Shown here: positions 15,615-28,539 of the stretch, one piece after another
How the letters are laid out: each line of letters starts with the position of its first letter
How positions within the stretch are numbered: the stretch's first letter is position 1
Origin: Paraspadella gotoi
Lineage: Eukaryota > Animalia > Chaetognatha
DNA: 64,000 nucleotides
Assembly: GCA_051294375.1 (NCBI GenBank)
Contig: CM119266.1
Span: 11,477,113-11,541,112, forward strand
Reading direction: 5' to 3'
The notes under the pieces: model-generated
Databases searched by the model: none
The model's input: the letters and a program-made list of their open reading frames with translations, nothing else
What the model was told of the DNA's origin: nothing
Program-made: the position numbers and the translations under genes

Positions 15615-15828
15615 GGTGGACTAAAATCCCACAACATTGGTGCCGGAGGCAAGTCATTCGCCTCCCAACCCAAAGGTCCAGGCTTCTAGACCGGTGGTCG
15701 CCTTGCAGTTAAGAGGGACCGGGCGCTTAACCCGCCTGTAACACGGTGTTACAGCCTGATCCAAAGCTCAGGTACTACTTATATTGAACGGTTCTGTCAC
15801 ATTACAATAATTACTGTCTTTTCACTTG
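15615..15828 (+). mobile_element. tRNA-like SINE candidate, copy 1
   Basis: ~200 bp with high identity to the reverse complement of 58090-58305. A-box-like TGGTGCCGGAGG, tRNA-like CGCCTCCCAACCCAAAGGT, degenerate B box, then hairpins. Confidence 0.6.
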
Positions 15829-16614
15829 AGGAGGAAAAAAGAGAGAAGAGAAGCTGTAGACCCTCGTCGTCTACCGGCCTTCGATTCTGCCTAAATTCTA
15901 AAATTCGGAATTTTTTAAAATTTTATTCCGGGATGTAATATTTTCGTCAATTAAACCAAATGATTAAACGTTCAAATTTCGTTTAATAAAACCAAATAAA
16001 TGTTATCGTTTTTCTCCAGCAAATTTATTTAATCAGAAAACATGAGTTTGCGAATCATTATAGTCGCTTATTATAACCCCGTTCTTTTTCTTTCATTCTT
16101 TCTTTCAATATGATTTGCTCTTTTGCTCTCTCTTTCTCTCTTTTCTTTATTCACAGTATTTCCTTTCCCGAGCTATCAAATTTCCCTCTCAACTTTTTCC
16201 AGTTCTCTCGGGATTAAAGAGTATATGCGGGAAAAACGAAGCTAAACCCAAATGGTTTTTTCTACGGATTTCACGCGTTAATCGGGTTAAAGTTTTGACA
16301 AAAACCATCGCCCCGAGAAAATTTTCGCGGCATGATCGGAGAAAGTTCCTAATTGGTTTAACGTCGTATTTAACCATTGTTTTATATCATATCAGCCGGA
16401 GCTTTTAAATTGCGATGAAGAATTCTCTAGCTCTCTCATCTGTCTCATCTCTCTCTCCTTGCCTCTCTCTCTTTCTCTCTTCTCTCGTCTCTCTCTCTCA
16501 ATCATGCCTCTTCTGTCTCGCTTCTGCTCTCTTCATCTGCCCGGGAGGCGATGATTAAGGAGGTAGACCGAACGGATCGAAGATGAAGTCCGTATCGCCG
16601 CGACTGTGAACGAG

Positions 16615-16690
16615 CCGATTGGCCGGCGTTCTTTTTTTAGCGGCGCCCGTGGAAGACGGACCAATCGTTTCCTATAGCGACGTCACCGCC
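16615..16690. promoter_or_regulatory. CpG-rich promoter-like cluster: two CCAAT boxes, RFX X-box-like site, CRE-like site
   Basis: ATTGG 16618, CCAAT 16661, GTTTCCTATAGCGAC 16667-16681, CGACGTCA 16678-16685. Confidence 0.4.
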
Positions 16691-17151
16691 GTCGATTCTC
16701 AACGATTCGACCTCGCAATTGGCGGCGAATCTGCTTCCTCTCGACGTCAAGACGTCCGTCTCTCAACGTTGAAGAGTCTCTCTCTCTCTCTCTTTCTCTC
16801 TTTTCCGGACTTCCAATTTTTTACTCAAAATATAAAAAAAATGGTTGTAGAGGATGAAAAAAAAAAATCAAGATTTTTTTTCCAAATTTCTGATCGAGTT
16901 GGACTCCTCGTTATTCCTTTCGTCACTTCCTCAAAAATCTTTGCGCCGCATGCGATGGACCAGCAGATGTTGGTCCTCTTGAAATTTGGGACGGCAACAA
17001 ATTTTGGGGGTCGATGACTCGTTGCTGCTGAACAAAAAGTCAACCAAATTTCCATTGTCATCAAACTTAGTAATCGTCATCGTTATCATCATCCTTTTTT
17101 ATCATTATCATCAATAAATTCACAACAATCATCTATCAATCATTGCTAATA

Positions 17152-17187
<36 letters not shown>

Positions 17188-18295
17188 NNNNNNNNNNNNN
17201 NNNNCAACAACAACAACAAATAAAACAGCAACAGCGGCTCGAACGTGCCAGAACTCGGCGTCGGTTTCACAGTTCTCTCTGTCTCTCTCTTTCTCTCTGT
17301 CTCTCTCTTTCTCTCTGTCTCTCTCTCTCTGGTTCTCCTCTTCCAAAAAAAAACCGTTTACGGCGGTAATTCGATTACAGTTACCGCACGGACATACAAT
17401 CTGACGACGGTTGTCCTGAAGCAGATCGTGCGCGGACTGCCGTGTGGAACTTTTTGTAAACAAAAACCGTTTTTAACCTTTTTTTTTGTTCCATCTGCGT
17501 CGTAGTTTTATAACAACGCTTATTGTCATAAATATTCGACCCTTGAAAATCTCTAACATCCCTACGTTTTTTTTTTTTCTCCGGACATCGAGGAAAATGA
17601 GGAAATAAATAAATAAAAGGGAATCGCCTCGCGTCGGTTCGTACAATTGGCTTCGGCGACGATGACGACTTTTGGTCTCTGAAAAAAAAAAGAAAGAAAG
17701 AAAAAAAGAAAAAAGAACTGACGCGAAACGAATTTGGAGCCAAAAATGAAACGGAAAGTTCCTTTCTTTTTTTTTTCAGAAATCGCGGACGAAAATAGTA
17801 ACTTTTTATAATAATCAAAATTTTTTACAGTACGTTATATTTCTTTTATATTCATAAACTAATTTGTAAGTCNNNNNNNNNNTTTTATAATAATCAAACT
17901 TTTTTACAGTACGTTATATTTCTTTTATATTCATCAACTAATTTGTAAGTCTTACAATATAGTTAGCATTCTAATGATTAAATGATTAAATTAAATAATT
18001 TTGATGATTAAAATTTGTTAGACGATTAGAGTTCAAAATCCAAAAAATTATATATATTCGAGTAGTTAAATAGTAGATGTAGTCAAAATCATGAATAATA
18101 TATTTTATACTGGCCTAAACTGTACCCTATCTCAATTGTAGAAAATACACGATGTTAAAATGACTTGCTCTCCTCCTCTCCCAAAAGAACAATGCACATT
18201 TTTTTTCTACGAACGAAACTTTTTCACGATTTATAATCCAAATTAAAATTAACAATTAACGAAAGACAAACAATAAACCAAACCAGCGATCGAAA

Positions 18296-20182
18296 ATGGC
18301 CAACTTCGTGGCGAGCATCAGCGACGTGTTGGGGACCTTCAGCGAGCACCGCTACCTCGACGACGGCGTCGACAGACTCAACAGGATCTACGCTCCCGTC
18401 ATCCTCATCTCCACAGCCTCCATCTTGGGGGTGGTTCAGTTCTTCGGCGACCCCATCGAGGTGGGTTTTGGGCGGTTGGGGGGCTTAGGTGGATAAAGGT
18501 TGAGAGAAGGTTGGGGTCGTGGTGGTGGTGGTTGTGATGAATAAGCTTGAGACCTAATTCCTCGACCTCGATTTCGCGGAACCAGTGGCGGCCGCGGTGT
18601 TTGTTCATCGCCTTAAGGCTGCTTAAGCCGAAAAATCCTCGAAAAAGAGAAAGTGTGGCGGAAAATAAATGCGCTAAACCGATGGACTAAAACCCGCGGT
18701 CGATGAAGGGGAAAAGGAAACGCCCTGATCGTTAGGATGGGATATGACAAATTCGACAGTTGAACAACATAATGGTACAGTTTAAAAATTGACTAAAAAA
18801 CTCTCAAATGCACGAGCTTGTACCAAATAAAAATTCATCCCTCTAAATTTTCGGCTCAATGAAGTTAAAAATACTCATAAAATTGAGAAACTCACTACAT
18901 CTTTATGTTTGAGTTCAGAAGTCGGAAAAAACAAACCTCTTTAAAATCGTTCTCGGCTCCCGTCACTGATACAGATACATGATTTGAGCCGAATGATTTA
19001 TCGAGAAAACTGACATCCCATTCAGAAAAAATTAAAACAAAACAACCAAGGTTCGATTGTTTTGAATTCAGCAAAAAAAAAAAAAAAAAAAACAGTCGAA
19101 ACAGCCGTTCTTAAAAAGCTGCTTCGACGTTAAAAATTCAAAATAAAGAAAACGAGGTAAAGTGGGAAGCGGGTCATTAACCGTCGTCGTCGTCGTCGTT
19201 ATTTATTTTGAACGTCGTCATCGTCATCCTATAACGCAGACGTCTGAACGACTTCTTCGTCTGGACGGCCAACACTCTCGTCGATCGCGCTTCCCCTCAA
19301 AAACATCGCCAATGGGGGTGTCGAGTTTGTCTCGAGTGCACTTCAGGCCAGGGTCGTTAGGGTGTTTCGAGTTCGAAACTTTAGAGAAACAGTAGCGTGG
19401 GAAAAGCATCATCGCTCGGGGTTTTTTTTTTTTTTTCATTTGTAAATATAATATATCCGACTTCATTGATAGGGGAGCAGTTCACTGGGAGTGATCATAA
19501 GACTGTGAGAGACGTCTTGATTTGAAAGCTTGCAAGAACCTGCCTATGTTATTATCTTGTAAGTGTGATGGAGGCCTTAAACCACCAAAGCCTGTCCAAG
19601 TCAGGGACAAGAAAGCTATTATTTATTAAATGAATGGATAATTTTTAATATTGGTTGTACAATTTCATAAATAAATAGTAATAAATTAAACAAAAAATTT
19701 CTTCACNNNNNNNNNNNNNNNNNNNNNNNNNAAAGCACTGTCCAAAGTCAAGGAGACAAGATAAGCTTATTATCTAAATGACATGAGATAATTTTTATAT
19801 TGTTGTTACCAATTTCATAAATAAATAGTAATAAATTTAAAAACAAAAAAATATCATCTGAAAAAATAGTTTGCTTTCATGTACATACTAATTTCCCCTC
19901 AACCAATCAACCAGAAAACATGCGACTTTTATTATTCGATTAAACTTTTCCAACCGATGACTATTTTTCCGGAAGAAATCGACAACCGGGATCTCGTTAA
20001 TTGTTCAAAATCGAGTTATCGTTTTATCTTCCGTTTTTTTCTAGTTCAAATTAAATTTTCTAAATCTTTCTAGATTCTTCCCAGCGACTCGATCCCCTGG
20101 GAGGAGAGGCTGGCGTTTGAAATCAAGCCCACCGCCTCACCTCGCTTCAGTGAGCAAAACGCATCCTCCTACGAGAGAGAGT

Positions 20183-20213
<31 letters not shown>

Positions 20214-21687
20214 GAGAGAGGAGAGAGAGAGAGAGAGAGAAGAAGAGAGAGAGAGAGAGAGAAGAGCAGAGAGAGCAGCAGAGCGCCAAAAACCACAAAA
20301 TCCACGCCACACCCACAAAAAAAAAAAGAATACTAAAACATCTTACGACCCTCAAACGTTTTACTAACAAGCATCTCTTGACCTTCAGACTCATTCGAAT
20401 TAATTAGTTCCTCGTTTAACTCTTATTGATGACGTGCTTTACGAGCTCTCGCCCCCTCGGTCGGTGACAACACGTTAGCTGCGATTGATCTTTAAAATGA
20501 AACGAAACGCTTGAGAAACTTAAGGGCATCTTTCATCTTTTTAAACATTATTTTTCCCTTTAGTTCTTTCTCTTTCTATCGTACCGGAAACACGTTTCTT
20601 TCATGCTTTCTAAATTCAAACTGATAAAAACTTTTTCTTATTTCCCAAAAAAAAACTTTTTTTTTAATCTTCCCAAGTGCTTCGACTCCCAGACCGAAAT
20701 TATAAGTGGTCCAGAACTCGTGATTGAAAAGAATCACCGAAAAAAAAAAAAAACAAAAACAAAAATTTCAAAGAATGTTTCAATTGTATGAAAAGACCAT
20801 GTTATTAGTATTTGTTCTGCTGCTTTGCATGAATTATGTTTTTTTGTTTTTTTATGGTTTGGATTTCATACATTTTAAAAAATATATATCCCAAAAAAAC
20901 ACTTATCTCCCCATTTTTAAGTTCCACAAAATATATCACATGAGCTCCTAAACTAACAAGTAAAAAGAAAAGAGTGAAAGTGGCAGACTCTTCACGCTCC
21001 ACGGGGGGCAGGAAATACTTTTAAGTAAAAAAAAAAACAACAAAAATTACTAAAAATAACGATAGCGAGAGACTTGATATTAAGGGCGAATGGAATTTTC
21101 TATTCTTTCAAAGTGCACGATGGACAACAGGCAAGCGCCGACAGATTACGTCAAGGACTACATCAAGTCGTGGTGCTGGACTCACGGAACGTTCGACAAT
21201 GTCCAGACGAAGAACCCCATCCACATCAACTATTACCAGTGGGTCCCAGTCGTCATCGCCATCCAGGCCTTTTGCTTCCAACTGCCCTACATCTTCTGGT
21301 CCAACATGGCCGTCGCCGGCGGCATGAATTTGGCCCACGTTTTGAAAGGTTGTTGGATGGCTGGCTGGTTGTCGGTCTGTCTGTTTGTTTGTCTGTATCT
21401 TTTACTATGATCTTGTTTTTCTTTCACTCCACCCTTTTGAATGTTTATTTTTATTTCGGTTTTTTTTTTTAATTCTTTTTTCTTCTTTTTTTCTTTTTCC
21501 CCAATTAAAATCAAATGTGTTCTTTTTTTTCTCTTGACTTCCTGGTTATTTCATTTTTCTTTAATTGGAAACGATTAGCATATATCAGTCAATTTTTACT
21601 TCTTTTCTTTCTTTCTTAACCAAACGGCATTGAGGTTAAATATTTAATCGAAGATTACGAGATTATGACCGTGGGGGTTCAAAAGAG

Positions 21688-21718
<31 letters not shown>

Positions 21719-24508
21719 TAACAGATATCCTGAAAAAACAAAAAATAAAGAAATAAAGGAATAGGGATTAGATATAAACAGAAAACTCTCTAAACCCATC
21801 CAACTTTCCCCCCGTACAAAGGTGCGGACAAGCTCTGCGAAGTCGGCACGGACGCTGAGGAGCACGGACGCGACGTGATTTGCGAGGACACGTGTCACAT
21901 CATCGATTCGTACTTCAAGCGCAACCTCATCCTCGGACGCCGCAGCTGGAAGAAGAAGACGCTCTTCAACCTCACCCTCTCCTTCTTCTTCGCCAAAATC
22001 CTCTACATCCTCAACATCGTCGTCCAGATCCACGTCGTCGACGGCTTCCTTCAAGGGAGGCGAGCCACGGAGGTCGCCAACGCGGGAAAGTACGAGGTCA
22101 GGCCTATTACATTTTTTTTCTATTTAATGCGTCGCATTCTTTTTTCTCTCTTTCATTGTTTCTTTCTTTATTTAATATATACATAATGCATATATTCAGT
22201 CAATTATTTATTTATTCAATTCATCTCTTCAATTAAGTCATACGAAGAACTTTCTCGATTTATCCAATCATTTTTTTTTTCATTCGTAGATTCATTCAGT
22301 GATTAATTCATTCAATCCTCTAATCATTCTTTATTAAAACGTTCATTTATTTATTTATTTGTTTATTTATTTACTTGTCTTTAATTTACTTTTAATGAAA
22401 ATTTTAAACAATCTACATCATTCTTTTCGTCCCAACCCCCTCTTTCCACCCACCCCACTCTGGTTCAAGACCCTGTTTAAAGTTTGAAAGTGACTTTCTT
22501 AAAAGTCGAATTTTGCAGGGTGGTGCTTATAATTTGAGCCTCTGTGCACCCCCCTCACCCACTCCCCCACACCCTTAAACCCAGGACCACCACGAGAACG
22601 TGATCCAGTACGCCGTTCGTGCGATGAAGAGTCTCGTCGTTGAAGGTCACTGGCGAAACTCTTGGCGATTTCCGATGCTCGCCATGTGCCGCTATTACTC
22701 CGAAGGTCGGCTGGCCTTCGGGTGCCAGAACCCCGTGCTGGATCGGTACGGCAGGAAGCGGTGCCCCTACGACGGAGAAGTGCTCTGCACGCTCCCGCTC
22801 AATTTGTACAACGACAAGGTTAGAAGAAAACTGGGAAAGAGATAAGTAAATTGGCACCCGTATCAATTTTAGATTTTAATTGAATCAATAAGATTAAAAT
22901 TGATAGAATGTTGGTGGGTTTTAATGTTGTTGTTTACGTTATTGTTTTTGTTTGTTTTTTTGTTGCTGTTATTGTTGTTACAATTTTTTATTTTTTTTAT
23001 TTTCTTAAGAATTTTAAGATGCTAGGCAGTTTTACTCAGCGTCTACCTTCTATGAAATAACCTTACCCCACTCCTCCATCAAACATGAGCCAGTCTCCCA
23101 GAACAAGAAAAATATTTCCATTTGTAAAGCTAAAATTCTACAATGAAATATTCGAATAATAATAGGAAAACTAAATCAGCATTAAAACCTATCAAGAGTA
23201 TTGCTAAAACCGTAAAATAAGATACTATGAAAACTGTATCAAAAGTATGAGAAATGATTTAAACTGCTACAATATGTAAATGAGATTGAAGAACTCAATC
23301 TCATTTGAAATGAACCACAATTTATTCTGCTACAACCTTACTCCACTCCTCCATCACCTTCCCCCATCACCTTCCTCCATCAAAAAAAGGTATTCGCGGT
23401 GATGACCCTGCTGATGCTCATCCTCCTCCTCCTCAACATCGTCGTCTTCCTCGGGTGGTTGTGCAGCGTCTTCCTCCCCTTAACTCGTTCCACTCTCGTG
23501 CGGAAGATCCTCGTCAAGCAGAATCGGGAGGACAACGGCGCCGTCACGAGGTAAAACATTTAAATGTAATAAATTTACTAAATATATATTATATATTCTT
23601 TACTAGCGGATCACAGTAACTGAAGACAGGGGTTTGATGAACCTAAAAAGCTTGACAGTCGCCGGCCGCATCGTGGACAAATTGTTTGTTTTGGACAAAA
23701 TACAGTAAATTTTTTTTTTATATTGTTGGCCTTGAAGTTGAAATGACACATATATGTTACGAATCACACCTATCACAACTTGAGGAAAATGATCTTATAT
23801 TACAAAATAAGGAGGCCAGGTTATTTTTTAAATAATATATTTTTTGTCATTATTTTTTGTCATTATTCCTCAAAAAATGAAACGACTGCGCTTAGTATCA
23901 AAATTAATATAGGTATTCTTGAACAGCTTTAGGATTTCAGTAAAGAATTAGTATGAGCCACGCTAGAACTTACCCTCACCCTAATCCCTTCCCTACTCAC
24001 CTCCACCCCCCGCTCTCAAAGATTCATCGATTCCTACCTCCGCACGGACGGCATCCTCGTCCTCAAACTCATCCGCACCAACTTGGGCGTCAACGCGACG
24101 ACGGAAGTCGTCGAGTGTCTCTTCACTTTCTTCCAAAAGCTCGAATCCAACCGACGCTTCGTCGCCGACGAAGACCGACTCGACGGCGCCCGACGAGCCG
24201 ACACCAACGGCAACCTGCGGCCGACGGAGCCGCCGCAGCTGCGGTTTTCCGAGTCGCCGGAGAAACCGGCGGAGCAGCAGGAGCAGGAGGAGCCGCTGCC
24301 GCCGCGGGTGGCGAGGCTGATGGAGCTGCACGATCGAAGGCATCAACTCTACGCGCGACCGTCGCCTCCGTCGACGCTGGAGACGAATCCGGGACCGCGG
24401 ACGAGATTCCTCGAGCCAGACGGGGCTGGTGGGGCTGGGGGTGGTGGTGAGGCCGAGGCTGGGACCCCGGGGGGTCGGAAATCGCCCTTCGAAATCACTT
24501 CGGTCTGA
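18296..24508 (+). CDS. inx: Innexin (gap junction protein) paralog 1, ~518 aa; exons 18296-18460, 21114-21348, 21822-22096, 22585-22818, 23390-23550, 24022-24508
   Basis: Continuous frame across GT-AG junctions. Innexin hallmarks DDGVDRLN, GDPIEC, CW, YYQWVP, FP..AMC, CTLPLNLYNDK, FIDSYLRTDG; four hydrophobic segments. Confidence 0.95.
19474..19670 (+). mobile_element. Longest copy of the Penelope-like repeat, with degenerate hammerhead-like fold, in innexin-1 intron 1
   Basis: Shared sequence with 6174-6296. Stems GCAGTTC../GAACCTGC and AAGAC/GTCTT precede GAAAGCTTG. Confidence 0.45.
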
Positions 24509-25046
24509 TCTTCGAGACGAGAGGCATTTTTAATCGGTCGATAATTTTTTTTTTTCTAAATGAAATTCGATTATTGTATTTTTTACTTTTTCCCGTTTTC
24601 CTGTTTTTTATTTTCCTCCACCAATCTCTCGTTACTGTTGTAAAGCGATATGAATTAGAATTTTACTCGCTAATTATTATTAATCTATTATTCATTACTT
24701 ATAATGATTAAACCAGGGCTACCAATTTTTTTTTCTATTCGCAATGATGACGCTAAAACGATCGTTGTTAATCACCTAAGCGTTGAACGCCAATTTAGAC
24801 TGGCTGTTACAGTTCTGTTTTTTTTTAATGTAACTATGAATACATTTCTTTTATAGGTAACCATCAACGACATTTAATTACAATAAAAATGAACGAATTT
24901 CCGATCAAACGAACTCCACTGAAGCCAACGACTCTTTGCAGCGTGTCTTCAGCGAACCCACCTTGACCTCGTCCGTCGTAATCCCCTAAAAATCGAGACT
25001 CTTCTACCCCCCGCAACCTCCCTTCAACGCCCACCCGCGGACGAAG

Positions 25047-28000
25047 ATGTCGTCCTTCATCTCGAGCTTCACCGACGTCTTGGGGACGTTCAGCGAACAC
25101 CGCTATCTGGACGACGGCGTGGACAGACTCAACCGGATCTACATCCCCGTGATCCTCATTTGCACAGCCTCCATCTTGGGGGTGGTGCAGTTCGTCGGAG
25201 ACCCGATAGAGGTTGGATGGAAGAAAGGATAGGCGGTGGGATAAGGTTCGGTGGCGAAGACGCGAGGATAAGTTTGAAGAATTTCAGAGATCCCATTAGG
25301 TTTTGTAAGAATGTTCTCGATTGTCCTAATTTTTACGCTGAAATCGTCAAGCGACGAAGAAATCAAGTTCAGACAATAATTAGTAATATTAAAGTAAAGT
25401 AAAATATTATTAACTAAATTAAATACTGTTTTTGTTTTAGCGATACGATCATAAAACGGCTAAATGAAAAAAGTAGATCTTTACTACTATTTCCTTTTCA
25501 AATTTTTGGGCAATAGTTAAACACTGAACTACGCAAAAAAATTCGAAGCGACGTAAATAGCCGATTCAGTTGCTCCTGTAACGACAACGACAACAACTAA
25601 AATGTTCTCAAAGGAAACGAAAAAGATCGAATGGACGACAGAGAAAAAAAGTTGTTATGAGAGCAAACACGGAGAAAAACCTCACTGATTCAGGACGAAC
25701 CGACAAAAACCGAGAGAAACCGATGAACCGACGAAGGAAACATGAGAACCGACATTTATTTTTGGCCTTGGGGTCTGAGGCAGGGGGGCGGCGGAGACGT
25801 GGGGGGGGGCGAAGAGGGGTGGGAGGTAAGCAGACTGAAAAAAGAAACCGTGAAAAGCGAGATCAAAGTGACCTTCCGATTTCGCGTTTCACTTCGAATC
25901 GATCATCAAGATTTGTTTCAGATTGGGTTATTTTTTATGCGAATTGACAACGACTATTCGATCGAGTTGTGATTATGAAAAAAAAATATTTGCGGCTTCG
26001 TTCATCTTCTTGAGTTTTGCCTAATATTTGTCTTCTGTTTCGTGCTTTTTTAATGTTAGAACAGATGAAAAAGAGCACAGTGAAGCGAGGAACTTAACGA
26101 AAATTGAGACAAGTTTTCTAAATTGTTTGTTTGGAAGTAATTTGTTGTCGTCTTGATCAAATTATTTCATTAAACCAGTAAATACGTAAGTTTTTAAATT
26201 CAAACCAGCAGTAATAATTACATACAACAAGATATTTTACAAACAGTCAAATATCCATTTTTGCAGTGTACGATGGACAACAAGGACGCGCCGACCGAGT
26301 ACGTGAAGGACTACATCAAATCGTGGTGCTGGACCCACGGGACCTACGACAACATCGAAGGCAAGAACCCCGTCCACCTCAACTACTACCAGTGGGTCCC
26401 CGTGGTCATCGCCCTTCAAGCCTTCTTCTTTCAACTCCCCTACATCTTTTGGGCGACGATGTCCAACGCGGGGGGCATGAACCTGGCCAAGACTTTGGAG
26501 GGTCAGTTTCGGGATGAATCTCTTACAAGTTTTCATCAAGCGCTGAGCAGTACTTTTTGGTCCGTAAATAAAACCCAAAAAAATGATAATAATGAAATTG
26601 AAAAAAAAAATTAAGACATTTACAACTTAGTAATAATTTATTCAATCTTCAAACTTTTAATTTTTACGAGCATTTGTCAAAGTACCTTTTGTTTATATTT
26701 CACTTCTTGCTGGATCATCTCTTTCAAGTAGCTCCTCTATTAGAAGTTGACATCATTATAAATAAAACAAAAGTCACTCTTTAGTAGGTTATCGAACGAC
26801 AATGTTTTCATGTTATTGTTAACTCGACCACAGGCTGCGAGAAACTCTGCGAGGTGATGATGAACCTAAAGGAGCACACCCGCGACGTCGTCTGCGAGGA
26901 GATCGTCCACCTGCTCGACGGATTCCTCAAACAGCGCATCTTCCTGAAGAGACGTTCCTGCGCCAAACGCACCTTCTTCAACCTCGTCACGGCCTTCCTC
27001 ACCGCCAAGGCCCTCTACGTCATCAACATCATCGTTCAACTCTACGCCATCGATTCCTTTTTCCGGGGAAAGCAGGTGGGTTCGAGACGAGGCGATTGAT
27101 TGGTGTCTATTTGTTTGTAAAATTGGATCGTTTTATTGACTTGATTATTGTTCTACCGATTGACGGATTTAGTAAATAATCGGTTAATTAATTTATTGCC
27201 TTCTTTGTTTAGTATATCGGTCGATTAATTGACTGACAGATTGATTAATCAAATGATAAACGTTGTCGACGACCGCTTAACTTAACTCGACCTAAAAAGG
27301 TGGAGTCCCGCGACGCGACCCACGAGGACGAGCACGAAAACGTGATCGAGTATTCGTTCCGCGCGCTGGCGGCGCTGGTGGTCGACGGTGCCTGGGAAAA
27401 CTCTTGGCGCTTCCCCATGCTCGCCATGTGTCGCTATTACTCGGAAGGGCGACTGGCCTTTAACTGCAAAAACCCCGAGATCGATCTTTACGGAGAATGG
27501 AGGTGTCCGACCGATGGGGAGGTGAGTGGAGAGAAGTGGTAATAAATGGATTGATTGAATGTGTGATTAATGGTTTATATAATTTATACTTTCATTAATT
27601 TATCCATTTTTTAAAATTTATTTATTTATTTTTTTATTCATTGATTCTAACTTTTTGAATATTTTTGTAATTTTTTGATACCTGGAAAAATTGAGGGCCT
27701 AATAAATATTTTCCGTATAATGCCTCAAAACTAAGGACTTCCTAGAGCCAATAATGATGAGGGAGGGTAAATATTTACGAAGGCCGAAAGGGTCGACTCA
27801 TAATGAAAGAAATGAAATGAAAATAATCAGTAATAAAGAATTTCGTATTTAACTCAGACACGCGATTCGACGTAACCTCAAAAGAATTCGAAATTTTATT
27901 TTTCCCGCCAGGTCCTCTGCACCCTTCCCTTGAACCTCTACAACGACAAAGTCTTCGCCGTGATGATCATCCTCATGCTCTTCCTCATGTTCGTCTCCCT

Positions 28001-28469
28001 CTTCTACCTCCTCCTCTGGGTCTACAGGATCTTCGTCCCCAAATCCAAGAACGCCCTCATCCTCAAGACCCTCGTCGACATCAATCAAGAGGACGAGCGG
28101 ACGGTTCTCAGGTGCTGAGCAGAGTTTACTTTCTCTTTCGGTTTCCTTTTAGTTTTCTTATTTCAAATGTTTCTCTTCTTTTTTGTTTGTTTATTTTTTG
28201 AAAGAGAAATCACAAAAGAGATTGATGATTGGGAAAAAATTACAAGTTCTACTGTTTCTAGTGTTCAAAAGAAATGCTTCCATCAGATATAGTAAAGTTA
28301 TTATTCAAATTAAAACCTAAACAAGTAATATTAAATTTTCTTTGTCTTCTACCAAATTTGAACTCGCGATACATTCGTCCTGTATTCCCTTAATCGAGGT
28401 GCTTTAAGATTTTCTTCTCAGTTGACTTCTGGGTCCCTTTATTTCTTTGTTTCTTTGTTTCTTTATTTA

Positions 28470-28539
<70 letters not shown>

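Noticed and set aside
15700-15775. Twister-ribozyme-like loop CTGA-TCC(A/G)AAGC-TCAG preceded by TAA...GC
   Set aside because: No consistent P1/P2 partner strands, and the T1 pseudoknot does not covary between the two copies.
17803-19850. Short direct repeats either side of N gaps (17803-17872/17883-17952; ~19590-19700/19732-19850)
   Set aside because: Typical overlapping contig ends at scaffold gaps.
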